A stretch of DNA of 64,000 nt from an uncultured delta proteobacterium (GTDB lineage Bacteria; Desulfobacterota; Binatia; UBA9968): contig CAVSHR010000012.1 in assembly GCA_963727625.1 (NCBI GenBank), positions 128,001 to 192,000 of the forward strand, in the 5' to 3' direction. Position 1 is the first letter of the stretch. The number at the start of each line of letters is the position of its first letter. The notes beneath the pieces are model-generated. The model saw only the letters and a program-made list of their open reading frames with translations, was not told the DNA's origin and ran no database searches. This document shows, one piece after another, positions 37,107 to 46,833 of this stretch. The translations under genes and the position numbers were made by a program.

Positions 37107-37760
37107 TTAGTCCTCACTCTCCTTTTTTGCTTCGGGTTCCGTAGCGACCGCTTCAACAACACCCTCTGCCGGCACCGCAGCCGCTGCCGGAGCCTCCTCG
37201 ACGGTCGGCGGCACGACGGCGACTAACGCCATATTCGACTCAGAGACTGCGGTAACGCCGTCAGGCATCGCCAGTTCCTCGATATGCACGGAATCACCGA
37301 TGTCTAGTCCGCTTACGTCGACGTTGAAAAACTGGGGGATGTCAAGCGGCAAGCACTCGACCTCGACCTCACGGACGATCGGTTGGAGAATGCCGCCGCG
37401 CACCACGCCGGCCGCTTTTCCGATGAAGTGTAGCGGCACGTTGACCGTGATCGTGGCGGTCAAATCGACTTCGTAGAGATCGGCGTGAATCACGTCGCCG
37501 TTGATCGGGTGGTACTGCATCTCTTTTACCAAAGCCACCTTATCAGCGAGGGCCGTCGATTGCGATTTTAAACGCACCAGATGCGAGCCTTCCAACCCGG
37601 CCACCCGGCTGGAAAAATCTCGTTTGTCCAATTCCAACGCCAGCGCCTCGGTTTTCGGGCCGTAGAGAATCGCGGGGATCTTGCCGCTGCGCAGCAATCG
37701 CTTGGCGTCGCGTTTACGCTTCTTGTCGCGGGCGTCGACTTGTATTTCTAGAGTTTCCAA
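37107..37760 (-). CDS. rplY: 50S ribosomal protein L25/Ctc
   Basis: IPAILYG, HADLY, GGIL, IGDSVH. Confidence 0.95.
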   Translation of the reverse strand: METLEIQVDARDKKRKRDAKRLLRSGKIPAILYGPKTEALALELDKRDFSSRVAGLEGSHLVRLKSQSTALADKVALVKEMQYHPINGDVIHADLYEVDLTATITVNVPLHFIGKAAGVVRGGILQPIVREVEVECLPLDIPQFFNVDVSGLDIGDSVHIEELAMPDGVTAVSESNMALVAVVPPTVEEAPAAAAVPAEGVVEAVATEPEAKKESED

Positions 37761-37779
37761 AGAAACCTACCTCCTCATA

Positions 37780-38733
37780 CTAAACGAATAATGAACTGAT
37801 GGATTCTTCTTCGTGGGTGCGGCGGATCGCCTCACCGATCAGATGCGCCACCGACAACGATTTGATTTTCCTGCAGCCCTGCGCCTGGGGACCGAGCGGA
37901 ATGGTATTGGTAACGATCAGCTCTTCGAGCGGGCATTCTTCGATACGCTTGATCGCCGGGCCGGAAAGAACCGGATGAGTGCAGCAACCGAGGATTCTTT
38001 TGGCGCCTTCTTTTTGCAGCGCTTCGGCAGCCATCGTCAAGGTCCCCGCGGTATCGATCATATCGTCGATTAAGATCGCCACGTGATCTTTGACGTCACC
38101 GATAATGTTCATCTCGGCGACGACATTGGGCCCCACCCGGCGTTTATCGATGATGGCGAGGGAGGCCTTCAAACGCGTCGCAATTGCGCGGGCGCGCTCG
38201 ACGCCGCCCGCGTCCGGCGAGACGATGGTGACTTCGTTGTGATTTAACTGCTTCTTCAAATACTCCAACAACACCGGCGTGGCGTAGACGTTGTCGACCG
38301 GAATGTTGAAAAAACCCTGAATCTGCCCGGAATGGAGGTCCATGGTCAACATGCGCGACGCGCCCGCGGTGGTAATCAAATCGGCCACCAACTTGGCGCT
38401 GATCGGCACCCGTGGAATCACTTTGCGGTCTTGGCGGGCATAACCGTAATAGGGAATGACGGCGGTGATGCGCATTGCCGAGGCGCGCTTGAACGCGTCC
38501 AACATCAGGAGCAGCTCCATCAAATTGTTGTTTCCCGGCGCCGAAGTCGATTGCAAGACAAACACATCGGCGCCGCGGACGTTCTCCTTGATCTCGACCT
38601 TGCTCTCCCCGTCGCTAAAGGTTTCCACAACGGCTCTGCCCAGCGGCACCTTGAGATACTGGCTGATCGCCGCCGCCAAGGGCGGGTTGGAGTTGCCCGC
38701 GAATATTTTGAGTTCCGCGCTATGTTGAGCCAT
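37780..38733 (-). CDS. prs: Ribose-phosphate pyrophosphokinase
   Basis: [34 protein letters not shown]. Confidence 0.97.
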   Translation of the reverse strand: MAQHSAELKIFAGNSNPPLAAAISQYLKVPLGRAVVETFSDGESKVEIKENVRGADVFVLQSTSAPGNNNLMELLLMLDAFKRASAMRITAVIPYYGYARQDRKVIPRVPISAKLVADLITTAGASRMLTMDLHSGQIQGFFNIPVDNVYATPVLLEYLKKQLNHNEVTIVSPDAGGVERARAIATRLKASLAIIDKRRVGPNVVAEMNIIGDVKDHVAILIDDMIDTAGTLTMAAEALQKEGAKRILGCCTHPVLSGPAIKRIEECPLEELIVTNTIPLGPQAQGCRKIKSLSVAHLIGEAIRRTHEEESISSLFV

Positions 38734-38939
38734 CGGTTTCGGCGCCTTTTAGTTTCGAAGCTCTGTCGATTGAGATGTGAACGTTCTTCAACGGTTACCT
38801 CTAAGCTTAAGCTCCGTTATGTACCGAAGGCGGCTCTCATACGCGCTTCGCGAAAACAACGAGCGCCGTTCTACCCTGAACGGCGCTGTCTGAGATCTAT
38901 CAATTCCTTAAAGCCTGTGCCAGGACATTTTCATGAAAC

Positions 38940-39013
38940 TGGCTGGGCGGGAAGGATTCGAACCTTCGATACCGGCTCCAAAGGCCGGGGCCTTACCGCT
39001 TGGCGACCGCCCA
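38940..39013 (-). tRNA. tRNA-Gln(TTG)
   Basis: Minus strand TGGGCGG...CCGGC-CTTTGGA-GCCGG...GGTTCGAATCC...CCGCCCAGCCA cloverleaf with encoded CCA. Confidence 0.97.
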
Positions 39014-39062
39014 TCCCTGAACTTCTCCTGGAGAAATTCATCCGGCCGCGCGGGATCACGGT

Positions 39063-39350
39063 TCAGTCATCGTCGAGCCCTTTTGTGTTGCCGCTCTCGG
39101 CGAGAACCTTTTGATACTCCGCGATGATTTTTTCCTCGATCATCCGTCTTGTCTCATTATTGATCGGATGAGCGATGTCTTTATAGGTTCCGTCCTTGCG
39201 TTTTTTGCTGGGCATCGAGACGAAATACCCAGTGGCACCATGGATAACTTTCAGATCCCGGATCACAAAGCAATGATCCAGGGTGATCGTAACATAAGCC
39301 CTTAGTTTATCCTCATCGACAGGAAAGACCCTAACCTCGGTGACCTGCAT
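39063..39350 (-). CDS. spoVG: Septation regulator SpoVG
   Basis: VTEVRV, FVSMPS, YKDIAHPIN. Confidence 0.95.
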   Translation of the reverse strand: MQVTEVRVFPVDEDKLRAYVTITLDHCFVIRDLKVIHGATGYFVSMPSKKRKDGTYKDIAHPINNETRRMIEEKIIAEYQKVLAESGNTKGLDDD

Positions 39351-39418
39351 AGGGACCCCCAATTGACACGAGCCAGATGTTTAGCTGGCGGCTACTATAG
39401 GCTTCTCAGCTTGTTCGC

Positions 39419-40288
39419 TTACCTCAACATATGTACCAAAAACGCTTGGACCCCCTCCTCTTTCCGCAACCAGCGATACCCGGCTCGCGCCGCTCGCTGC
39501 GATTTAAATATACCGAACACTGACGAACCGCTGCCAGACATTAAAACTCGCGCCGCTCCTTCGCGCAATAACCCTTCTTTTAAACACCCTATCTCAGGAT
39601 ATCTTTTGAGGGTCACACTTTCTAGGTCGTTAACCAGCAGGCTCGTAAGCTCGTCGAAATTTTTCGGCGGATTGGCAATGCTAGTATTTACAATGGGTTT
39701 TGTCAACTTTGTTCGCAGCTTGCGGTACGCCCATGCGGTCGAGACCGGAAAACCGGGAAAGCCGATTACCGCCCAAAAATAGGGCAACCCGCGCAGCGGC
39801 TGAAGCCGCTCACCGATACCGCGAGCGCGCGCTGGTCGGCAGCGAATGAAAAACGGCACATCCGCGCCCAGGGATAACGCGATTTTTTCCAGCGCCGGCA
39901 GCGACAATCTCAAATTGAGCAGGCGATTGATGGCCCGTAAAGTCGCTGCTGCATCACTGCTGCCGCCGCCTAAACCGGCACCGACCGGAATGCGCTTACG
40001 GATGTTAATGCGCACCGGCTGCAACTTACCGCGCTTTTCCAAGATTCGTTGCGCGGCGCGATAAACAATATTCTCTTTACCCAGCGGCACATCGGGATGA
40101 TTGCAACTGATCCGAATCAGCTCTTCGGCTTGAACTCGCCCGCCGGTAGGCCGGCGCTGCTTGCGAATTTCGATATCGTCGTAAAGCGATACCGGCACCA
40201 TGACGCTGTCGATCAGATGGTAACCATCGGCGCGCCGCCCGACCACCCGCAAGCTCAGATTGATTTTCGCCGGCGCTCGAATCTTCAC
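39419..40288 (-). CDS. ispE: 4-diphosphocytidyl-2-C-methyl-D-erythritol kinase
   Basis: APAKINL, IPVGAGLGGGSSDAA, GADVPFF, MSGSGS. Confidence 0.96.
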   Translation of the reverse strand: MKIRAPAKINLSLRVVGRRADGYHLIDSVMVPVSLYDDIEIRKQRRPTGGRVQAEELIRISCNHPDVPLGKENIVYRAAQRILEKRGKLQPVRINIRKRIPVGAGLGGGSSDAAATLRAINRLLNLRLSLPALEKIALSLGADVPFFIRCRPARARGIGERLQPLRGLPYFWAVIGFPGFPVSTAWAYRKLRTKLTKPIVNTSIANPPKNFDELTSLLVNDLESVTLKRYPEIGCLKEGLLREGAARVLMSGSGSSVFGIFKSQRAARAGYRWLRKEEGVQAFLVHMLR

Positions 40289-40338
40289 GGGCCATTAGTT
40301 AACATAGCCCCCATGGGATTGCGAAGGAAGCACCGTCG

Positions 40339-41145
40339 ATGAGCGATAACGTCACCAACTTTCTCGGCGCCGCCTGGGACGCCGCCAACGCCGCCGGCGA
40401 GATCATCCGTGCAAGCTGGCAACAGCCGAGATCGATCGACTACAAAGGCGCGATTGATCTGGTCACGTCCGTGGATCGAGAAGCGGAGCGGAAAATCGTT
40501 GCGTTGCTGCAGTGCGAATTTCCCGACCACGGAATTATAGCCGAAGAAGAAACCGTCATCGAAGGCAAGACCGAAGGGTATCGCTGGATTATCGATCCGC
40601 TGGACGGCACCACCAACTTCGCTCACGGCTATCCCCATGTCGCCGTCTCCATCGCCCTGGAACGATCCGCCGAGGTGATCTTGGGCATGGTTTACGATCC
40701 GCTGCGGCGCGAATGCTTCAGAGCCGTCAAGGGACAAGGCGCCACGCTCAACGGCGCGACGATTCGTACCTCCACCGTCGGTGCGCTAGACAAGGCGCTC
40801 CTCGCTACCGGCTTTCCCTACGACCGCCGGGAGAACGTGGACTATTATCTGGAATTCTTCAAAGCGTTCCTCACCCGCTGCCAAGGAATTCGCCGCAACG
40901 GCGCGGCTGCGCTCGACCTTTGCTACGTGGCAAGCGGAAGAATCGACGGCTTTTGGGAATTAAAACTCAAGCCCTGGGATGTCGCGGCGGGCGCGTTGAT
41001 CGTCGCCGAAGCGGGCGGCTCCGTCAGCAACTTTTCTGGCGCGCCGTTCTCCATTGACGGCAATGAAACCCTAGCGTCGAATGGCAGGATTCACGCTGAG
41101 ATGGTCAATGCGCTCAATTCTGTTGCCGCTCTTCACGTTGACTGA
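40339..41145 (+). CDS. suhB: Inositol monophosphatase
   Basis: DLVT..D, EE, WIIDPLDGTTNF, WDVAAG. Confidence 0.92.
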   Translation: MSDNVTNFLGAAWDAANAAGEIIRASWQQPRSIDYKGAIDLVTSVDREAERKIVALLQCEFPDHGIIAEEETVIEGKTEGYRWIIDPLDGTTNFAHGYPHVAVSIALERSAEVILGMVYDPLRRECFRAVKGQGATLNGATIRTSTVGALDKALLATGFPYDRRENVDYYLEFFKAFLTRCQGIRRNGAAALDLCYVASGRIDGFWELKLKPWDVAAGALIVAEAGGSVSNFSGAPFSIDGNETLASNGRIHAEMVNALNSVAALHVD

Positions 41146-41176
41146 TTGCTGGAGCGATGATAGAAAAACTCTCCAC

Positions 41177-41251
41177 GCGCCCGTAGTGAAAAGGATATCA
41201 CGAGGGTCTCCGGAACCCTAAGTACAGGTTCGATTCCTGTCGGGCGCACCA
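41177..41251 (+). tRNA. tRNA-Arg(CCG)
   Basis: GCGCCCG acceptor stem, AGGGT-CTCCGGA-ACCCT anticodon arm, ACAGG-TTCGATT-CCTGT T-arm, ACCA end. Confidence 0.95.
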
Positions 41252-41734
41252 TCTCGCTGTAATCTCTGTGTTATGCACGTTTACTGAATCTGCTGGAAAC
41301 CATCGTTCAGATTCAGATTGAACTGATGCGTCTTACAGTTCAATCGTTGTGGCCAAATTCTCTCGGTTTTCAGAGGTAAGTGACGGTTTTTCGCTCGTCG
41401 TGAGTCGCGATTATTTTGGATCGGGAAATTGCGTTCCCTCCATCTCACAAATCCTGTGAAATTAGCCACTAGGACAAACATTGTCGCTTCACTCAACGCA
41501 CAGTTCCTTCGGAATTTTGACCGATGTGCGCATGAACCTGATTTCTCCCTACCGATCCTTGCGCGCTGGCATTCAGACTCAAACGTATCAGAGCAGTAGA
41601 ATCCCTGAGCAAAAATAACCCCGTCGTCGCTTGACCGCGCTGCTCCAGAATTGATATCAGCAACTCTGAGTGCTCTTGCGCGTTCAGGCGTGATACGCTA
41701 CGCGCCACAAATAGCCTTTCAGGGAGACCAATTC

Positions 41735-43423
41735 ATGAAAAAAAACCAGTTCGATGGCGGCACCGCCATAGTCGAAGCATTCCGCAAGCTCGGAGTCGAG
41801 TACATCCTCTCTTCGCCGGGTACTGAGTGGGCGCCCGTGTGGGAAGCCATGGCCGATCAGATCCACCGGCGCAAGGAAGGCCCCAAGCTTTTGGACGTGT
41901 GGCACGAAACGCTCGCCGTCGACATGGCCGCGGGCTACACACTGGCCAGCGGCCGGATGCAGGGCGTATTGCTGCATGCGGGCGCCGGCCTGCTGCAGGG
42001 CGCCATGGGTATCCACGGCGCCTTTGTCGCCGGTGTGCCGATGGTGGTGATCTCCGGCGAATCGATGACCTACGGCGAGCAGCCGGAGTTCGATCCGGGC
42101 GCTCAGTGGATGAACAACTTGAGCATCGTCAGCGGCACGACCAACCTGGTTGATTCGATCGTCAAGTACTCCTCCGTCGCAGGCAGCGCCTACACGCTCT
42201 ATGAAAGCGTCATCCGCGCCGGCGAGCTCGCGCAGCGGCATCCGACCGGCCCAACCTATCTGTCCGTTTCGACGGAAACGCTGATGGATGGCTGGACGCC
42301 GCCGGCCAATCCACGCACGGTACCGCCCGCGCCGCGCATGTTGACCGCGCCGGAGGACATCGAAAAGCTCGCCGCCCGGATTTCCAAAGCGAAGCACCCG
42401 GTCGTGCTCACCGAGGGCGCCGGCCGGGAGGTCGAGACCTACGAGGCTCTGGTGGCGCTGTGCGAGAAGTTCGCTCTGCCGGTGGTCGAAAAGGCCGGCG
42501 CTCTGTTCGCCAACTTCCCCAAGGATCATCCGCTTTATCAGGGAACTGACATCAAACCGTTCTGGAACGACATGGACCTTGCGATCGTCGTCCGGGCGCG
42601 CGCACCCTGGTATCCGCCGAGCAACCGCCCGCCCAAGGCGGCGATCGCCATGGTGGACGAGGCGCCGCACAACTCGGCAATGGTCTACCAAAGTCACCAG
42701 GCTGACATGTACCTGGAAGGCAACGCGGCGCAGACGCTGCGCGATCTGGCCGATGCCGCCACTGTCGATAAGGCTGCGGTGGAGACAAGACGCAAGGAGC
42801 TCACCGCGGCGCACGATGCGATGGTCGAGAAAAAGAGTGCGGCACAGGCGGCGGCGCGCAAGAATTCACCGATCGACCCGGTTTGGCTATGCGCCTCACT
42901 GAACGCAGTCATGCCGCAAGACTCGATCTATATCGACGAGGTCACCACCCACACAGGCCTCCTACGTCAGCACCTAGCGTGGAACCAACCGCAGAGCCTT
43001 TTCACCCGCCAGGGCGGTCTCGGACAGGGACTGGGCCTTTCGCTGGGGATCAAGCTGGCGAAGCCGGAACGGCAGGTCGTGACGCTGATCGGCGACGGCG
43101 CGTTCCTGTACAACCCGGCGCTCGGCAGCCTTGGCGCTGCGCGCGATTACAAACTGCCGACCATGGCGGTCATTTTCAACAACAAGAAATATGCCGCGAT
43201 GCAGGGCATGCATCTCAAGATGTATCCGGACGGGATCGCGGCAGAGACCGATGTCTATCACGGCACGCATATCAACGCGCCCGACTTCGTGAAGGTCGCC
43301 GAATCCGTCGGCGGCTACGGCGAACAGGTAACGGATCCGGAAAAACTCCAGGACGCGCTCAAGCGCGGCCTGGAAGCCAACCGGAGCGGCAAGCCGGCGA
43401 TCATCGACGTGATCGTTGCATAG
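41735..43423 (+). CDS. Thiamine pyrophosphate-dependent enzyme (acetolactate synthase/benzoylformate decarboxylase-like)
   Basis: SPGTEW, HETLAV, GDGAFLYN...NN TPP motif. Confidence 0.9.
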   Translation: MKKNQFDGGTAIVEAFRKLGVEYILSSPGTEWAPVWEAMADQIHRRKEGPKLLDVWHETLAVDMAAGYTLASGRMQGVLLHAGAGLLQGAMGIHGAFVAGVPMVVISGESMTYGEQPEFDPGAQWMNNLSIVSGTTNLVDSIVKYSSVAGSAYTLYESVIRAGELAQRHPTGPTYLSVSTETLMDGWTPPANPRTVPPAPRMLTAPEDIEKLAARISKAKHPVVLTEGAGREVETYEALVALCEKFALPVVEKAGALFANFPKDHPLYQGTDIKPFWNDMDLAIVVRARAPWYPPSNRPPKAAIAMVDEAPHNSAMVYQSHQADMYLEGNAAQTLRDLADAATVDKAAVETRRKELTAAHDAMVEKKSAAQAAARKNSPIDPVWLCASLNAVMPQDSIYIDEVTTHTGLLRQHLAWNQPQSLFTRQGGLGQGLGLSLGIKLAKPERQVVTLIGDGAFLYNPALGSLGAARDYKLPTMAVIFNNKKYAAMQGMHLKMYPDGIAAETDVYHGTHINAPDFVKVAESVGGYGEQVTDPEKLQDALKRGLEANRSGKPAIIDVIVA

Positions 43424-43621
43424 TTGACACGGAAGGGTCGGTTGTTCCAGCGGTAGCAACCGCCCTTCACGCACTCTATCCGAAACCGGAATCCAGAACC
43501 GACTAGCATGGAACTATTGAGGTTTGCAAATTATAATGATTAATTTTTACCCGGATTGTGCAGTGAAACAATTGCTTCAACTCGTCACGATATTTTGCAA
43601 ACATCAATGGGAGGAAACACC

Positions 43622-44719
43622 ATGACACATATCAAACGACTTAGGGGATTGTTATTCGTCGCTTGGATAGCGGTATTCTTGTATCCTGCGACGTCCCAGC
43701 CGCAGGTTGCTTTTCCAAAGGGGTGTTTGGACTGTCATGGTTCCGAACCGAAATATCCGGTCAGGGGAATTAGATCGCAGTACATGACTTCTGGTCATAA
43801 GGTTCTCGGCAATGCCTCTTATTCCAACGGCGGAGGATGCCAACAGTGTCACACGAATGAAGGCTTCATTGAGTATGCCGAGACAGGCAAGGTAGACCCG
43901 AAAGGATTCGTTGCAAATCCCTCTGAAATAGGCTGTTTCACTTGTCATGCGCCTCACGAAAAAGGCGATTTCTCGCTGCGAAAGGCGGATAAAGTCACAC
44001 TGGCCAATGGTGCAACTTTTGATAAGGGCAAGGGCAACCTTTGCGCCAACTGCCACCGAGCGAGAAGAACCCCTGCACAAGAGGTGAAAGAAAGGACGAT
44101 TCCCAATGACCACTGGGGAGCACACCACGGACCCCAGGCCGATATGCTGCTCGGGACAAACGCGTATGAGTTTCCAGGAAAAAAGTATACGAAATCAGCT
44201 CACGCCATTTTGCCAAATGCAAACTGTGTCACCTGCCATATGGCACAGCCGAAAGGACGCTACTCGCTCTCACCGAGGGTGGGGGGGCACAGTTTCAGAA
44301 TCGAAGGGGAAGTTCACGAGGCGCCGACGCTGAATTTGGCCGGATGTGAAGGATGTCACAAACACCTGAAACAAGCGCAGGGTAAGGTGGTGTTTGCTAG
44401 CCCTGCGGCAGCAGATTACGACAATGACGGCAAAGTAGAAAACATTCAGGAAGAGGTCCAGGGGCTTTATGAAAGACTTATTAACACGCGGGGCACCGGA
44501 TTGCTCCAAACAATGAACAATCCACTTTACGATGGGAAAGGAAAGTTTATAAATAATAAGGTCAAGTACCCCGTCAAAGTCGTTGCTGCCCTTTACAACT
44601 ACAAGTTTGTCCAGGAGGATAGGAGTAGAGGAATCCACAACACCAAGTATGCCGTCGAGCTTTTAATGGATTCTATAAAGGCCTTGGACCCGAAGTTTGA
44701 TGATTCAAAAAGGCCTTAG
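43622..44719 (+). CDS. Secreted multiheme cytochrome c (6 CxxCH)
   Basis: Signal peptide; CLDCH, CQQCH, CFTCH, CANCH, CVTCH, CEGCH; C-terminal EDRSRGIHN. Confidence 0.9.
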   Translation: MTHIKRLRGLLFVAWIAVFLYPATSQPQVAFPKGCLDCHGSEPKYPVRGIRSQYMTSGHKVLGNASYSNGGGCQQCHTNEGFIEYAETGKVDPKGFVANPSEIGCFTCHAPHEKGDFSLRKADKVTLANGATFDKGKGNLCANCHRARRTPAQEVKERTIPNDHWGAHHGPQADMLLGTNAYEFPGKKYTKSAHAILPNANCVTCHMAQPKGRYSLSPRVGGHSFRIEGEVHEAPTLNLAGCEGCHKHLKQAQGKVVFASPAAADYDNDGKVENIQEEVQGLYERLINTRGTGLLQTMNNPLYDGKGKFINNKVKYPVKVVAALYNYKFVQEDRSRGIHNTKYAVELLMDSIKALDPKFDDSKRP

Positions 44720-44789
44720 ATCATTGTCCACGATTTCAGAATACTCAGATTATATAGCTGAGAGGCAAGGTTCTATCGCAAGAAAAATT

Positions 44790-44823
44790 AGCGGCGGTCC
44801 ACCTCGGGCCGCCGTTTTCTTTT
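44790..44823 (+). terminator. Terminator after multiheme cytochrome
   Basis: GCGGCGGTCC-ACCTC-GGGCCGCCGT followed by a T-rich run. Confidence 0.7.
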
Positions 44824-44992
44824 CAGCTCATCAGCAGCGTAGGATCGAACTGATATATTCTCCGACGGCTCAACCCTGTGATATTTGCCTGACGCGTCTC
44901 TCCTGCCGGGATCATCGCTGAGCTTGATTACTCCCACGCGTCGGGAATAGAACGTTAGACGTTGAGGGACCCAATGCCATAGAGGAGGAGTC

Positions 44993-45295
44993 ATGCCAAG
45001 AGTCGTTTTCACGCACCCTGTCCGTGATCGTGCCCAATGGGCGAGCAAGCATTCGGAGCAAGTCGAGGCGTTCGCTTCATGGGGATCGAACGTAATCGAC
45101 TACCTCGGCGCCGACGGTAGCAACAACATCGCCGTGAGTGTGGACGTTCACGATCTGGCGGCAATGCAGGCGGCGCTCGACTCGTCCGAGATCGAGGCGG
45201 CTAAACAGGCTCACGGGGTCCTGGGCCCCTTACGATCCACATTGAGAAAAGGTGAAGCAAGCTTGCGAAGCACCCAACGATCCGGGGCTCTCTAA
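44993..45295 (+). CDS. Small hypothetical protein (dimeric alpha-beta-barrel-like), gene-cassette-like
   Basis: GAGGAGGAG RBS; H.V.D...W and AAKQAHGV pattern; stop lies within an attC-like R'' box. Confidence 0.65.
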   Translation: MPRVVFTHPVRDRAQWASKHSEQVEAFASWGSNVIDYLGADGSNNIAVSVDVHDLAAMQAALDSSEIEAAKQAHGVLGPLRSTLRKGEASLRSTQRSGAL

Positions 45296-45382
45296 CAAGC
45301 GAACGAACTCCACGAGTTTCGTACGGCACTTCGCAGTTGTTCGAGTCGCGTGACGTCGCGGGTTAATCGCTGGCCGTTAGCC
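45290..45382 (+). mobile_element. Degenerate integron attC-like site
   Basis: CTCTAAC-AAGCGAACGAAC...CGTCGCGGGTTAATCGCTGGCC-GTTAGCC, 93 bp with imperfect dyad. Confidence 0.6.
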
Positions 45383-45609
45383 CTGAGATTGAACTGTTTT
45401 CTCCATCGGCTAAATCCCGTCGCGCTCCATCTGCTTCGCTCCCCTCTGTAATCGAAAATTTCTCGGTCACAGTTGAACCGCAAGCGGGTTGTCACAGTGT
45501 GACCAAACACCGGACTAATTCACAACAAAACAGTCTAAATTGGACACATAGAAAACCTACGATCGTAGACTTTTCAAGCAGATCAGCAAGTTGGAAGACC
45601 GCTGTCCGT

Positions 45610-45655
45610 GTCTCCGGAACCCTAACTCCGGGTTCAATTCTCGGCGAGCGCAGCA
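45610..45655 (+). repeat. Displaced tRNA-Arg(CCG) 3' half (att site)
   Basis: First 16 nt identical to 41206..41221; 37/46 identical overall by manual alignment. Confidence 0.85.
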
Positions 45656-45962
45656 CGATCGAGTCATCCAAATCATTTCCGTGACCACTCGCAGCTTGGA
45701 GTCAGGTCGGTCACGGCCTATGCCGCTATCCCTCAAAAGATAAGCGACCCAACCAATGTTAGCGAATTCTATTTTAGGAATGAACTGCGGAGCCGCAGAA
45801 TTAACAATCTTCCGTTGACGCCCAAGCAAGGACCGCGGAGAGGCGTCGGCTTTCAAGTGACGAGCGTCGAAACGCACTCAAAACGTTCGAGGTAAAATTT
45901 TTAATTTAAAAGCTTGCGGTTTGTCCGCAGGATACGAACACTTCGACCGATAGGACCGAGTT

Positions 45963-46508
45963 TTAAACCTTGCCTTGCTGGCGTAAAGCATCGAGACGAG
46001 TTTCGATGATCAAAGTAGCATCTTCCAACGGCGCGCCATCCGGAAGCGGCTCCGCTGCGGAACCGAGCGAAACGAGGCGCTGGTTGAGGAGCGTCAGATC
46101 GGCATATTTTCGCTGCGCATCATAAAACCGATCCAAACAAGCCAGAATGCGTCGATCGAGCTGAGCCAAACACTCGTTCATCGTGATTTGACCTTGCCGG
46201 GCTCGTTCGCGCAACTGCTCGCCTTCCGCCTGCGCCGCGGCGCGCGCGAGCGGCACCACGCGTTCCTCGAGCTGCGCCTGCATATTGCGGAGTGTGTGCA
46301 GCGCCTGGCTATAGCGCTGAGTTGGCGCCTTCGGGGTGGGTCTGGTTTCGTCTGCAGCAAAAGTCGGCGCCGCCGATTCTTCTGCTGGAATCGAGTCTGG
46401 AGCACGGATCGAACCTAGAGCGGATTGAATTCTTGAAATCTTTTCCAGCAATTTGCCCGGGTTGTTGAGCAAATGTTGCAGTTGCCTGATCGGATCCAGC
46501 TCGTCCAC
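45963..46508 (-). CDS. Hypothetical coiled-coil protein
   Basis: 181-aa helical, Q/R/L-rich ORF directly downstream of HTH_17 gene. Confidence 0.6.
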   Translation of the reverse strand: MDELDPIRQLQHLLNNPGKLLEKISRIQSALGSIRAPDSIPAEESAAPTFAADETRPTPKAPTQRYSQALHTLRNMQAQLEERVVPLARAAAQAEGEQLRERARQGQITMNECLAQLDRRILACLDRFYDAQRKYADLTLLNQRLVSLGSAAEPLPDGAPLEDATLIIETRLDALRQQGKV

Positions 46509-46538
46509 TGAACTAATCGTGTCGGCTGCAAACGGAAC

Positions 46539-46760
46539 TTACTTTGCACCACCCGCAGCGGAACTCAGAGTTGATTCTCCGCTATCGGACAAGCTCATGG
46601 ATTTGCTGGAAACCAATTCGAGAACATCGCTCCGGCTAAAACGCCAACTGCGGCCGATACGATTGCCAGGGATGACACCCCGCTCGGCCAACTTATACAC
46701 GGTTTTTAGGTGTATCTTTAGCAGCGCCGCCACCTCTGAAGGGGTCATGATTTCTTCCAT
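46539..46760 (-). CDS. Excisionase-like HTH_17 DNA-binding protein
   Basis: IMTPSEVAALLKIHLKTVYKLAERGVIPGNRIGRSWRF; AAGGAG RBS. Confidence 0.88.
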   Translation of the reverse strand: MEEIMTPSEVAALLKIHLKTVYKLAERGVIPGNRIGRSWRFSRSDVLELVSSKSMSLSDSGESTLSSAAGGAK

Positions 46761-46817
46761 CCGATTAATCTCCTTTTATTGGAAATCCGTAAATTTTAGT
46801 ACCCGTGGAAGTTATAA

Positions 46818-46833
46818 AGCATGTCTCGTGCCA
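46818..46833 (-). promoter_or_regulatory. Sigma54 -24/-12 promoter
   Basis: Minus strand TGGCACGAGACATGCT upstream of the HTH_17 gene. Confidence 0.7.

Larger units (their letters stand above)
41252..45655. mobile_element. Decayed genomic island integrated in tRNA-Arg(CCG); no intact integrase
   Basis: Bounded by the tRNA and a 46-nt tRNA 3'-half copy at 45610..45655; contains AT-richer segments. Confidence 0.7.

Noticed and set aside
33883-41145. Ribosomal/housekeeping block as novel
   Set aside because: Conventional conserved gene order
41252-41700. Integrase next to tRNA-Arg
   Set aside because: Only short ORFs; no recognisable tyrosine or serine recombinase motifs
45560-45655. Second complete tRNA-Arg gene
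   Set aside because: No 5' acceptor strand or D-arm; only the 3' half is present and CCA is mutated to GCA
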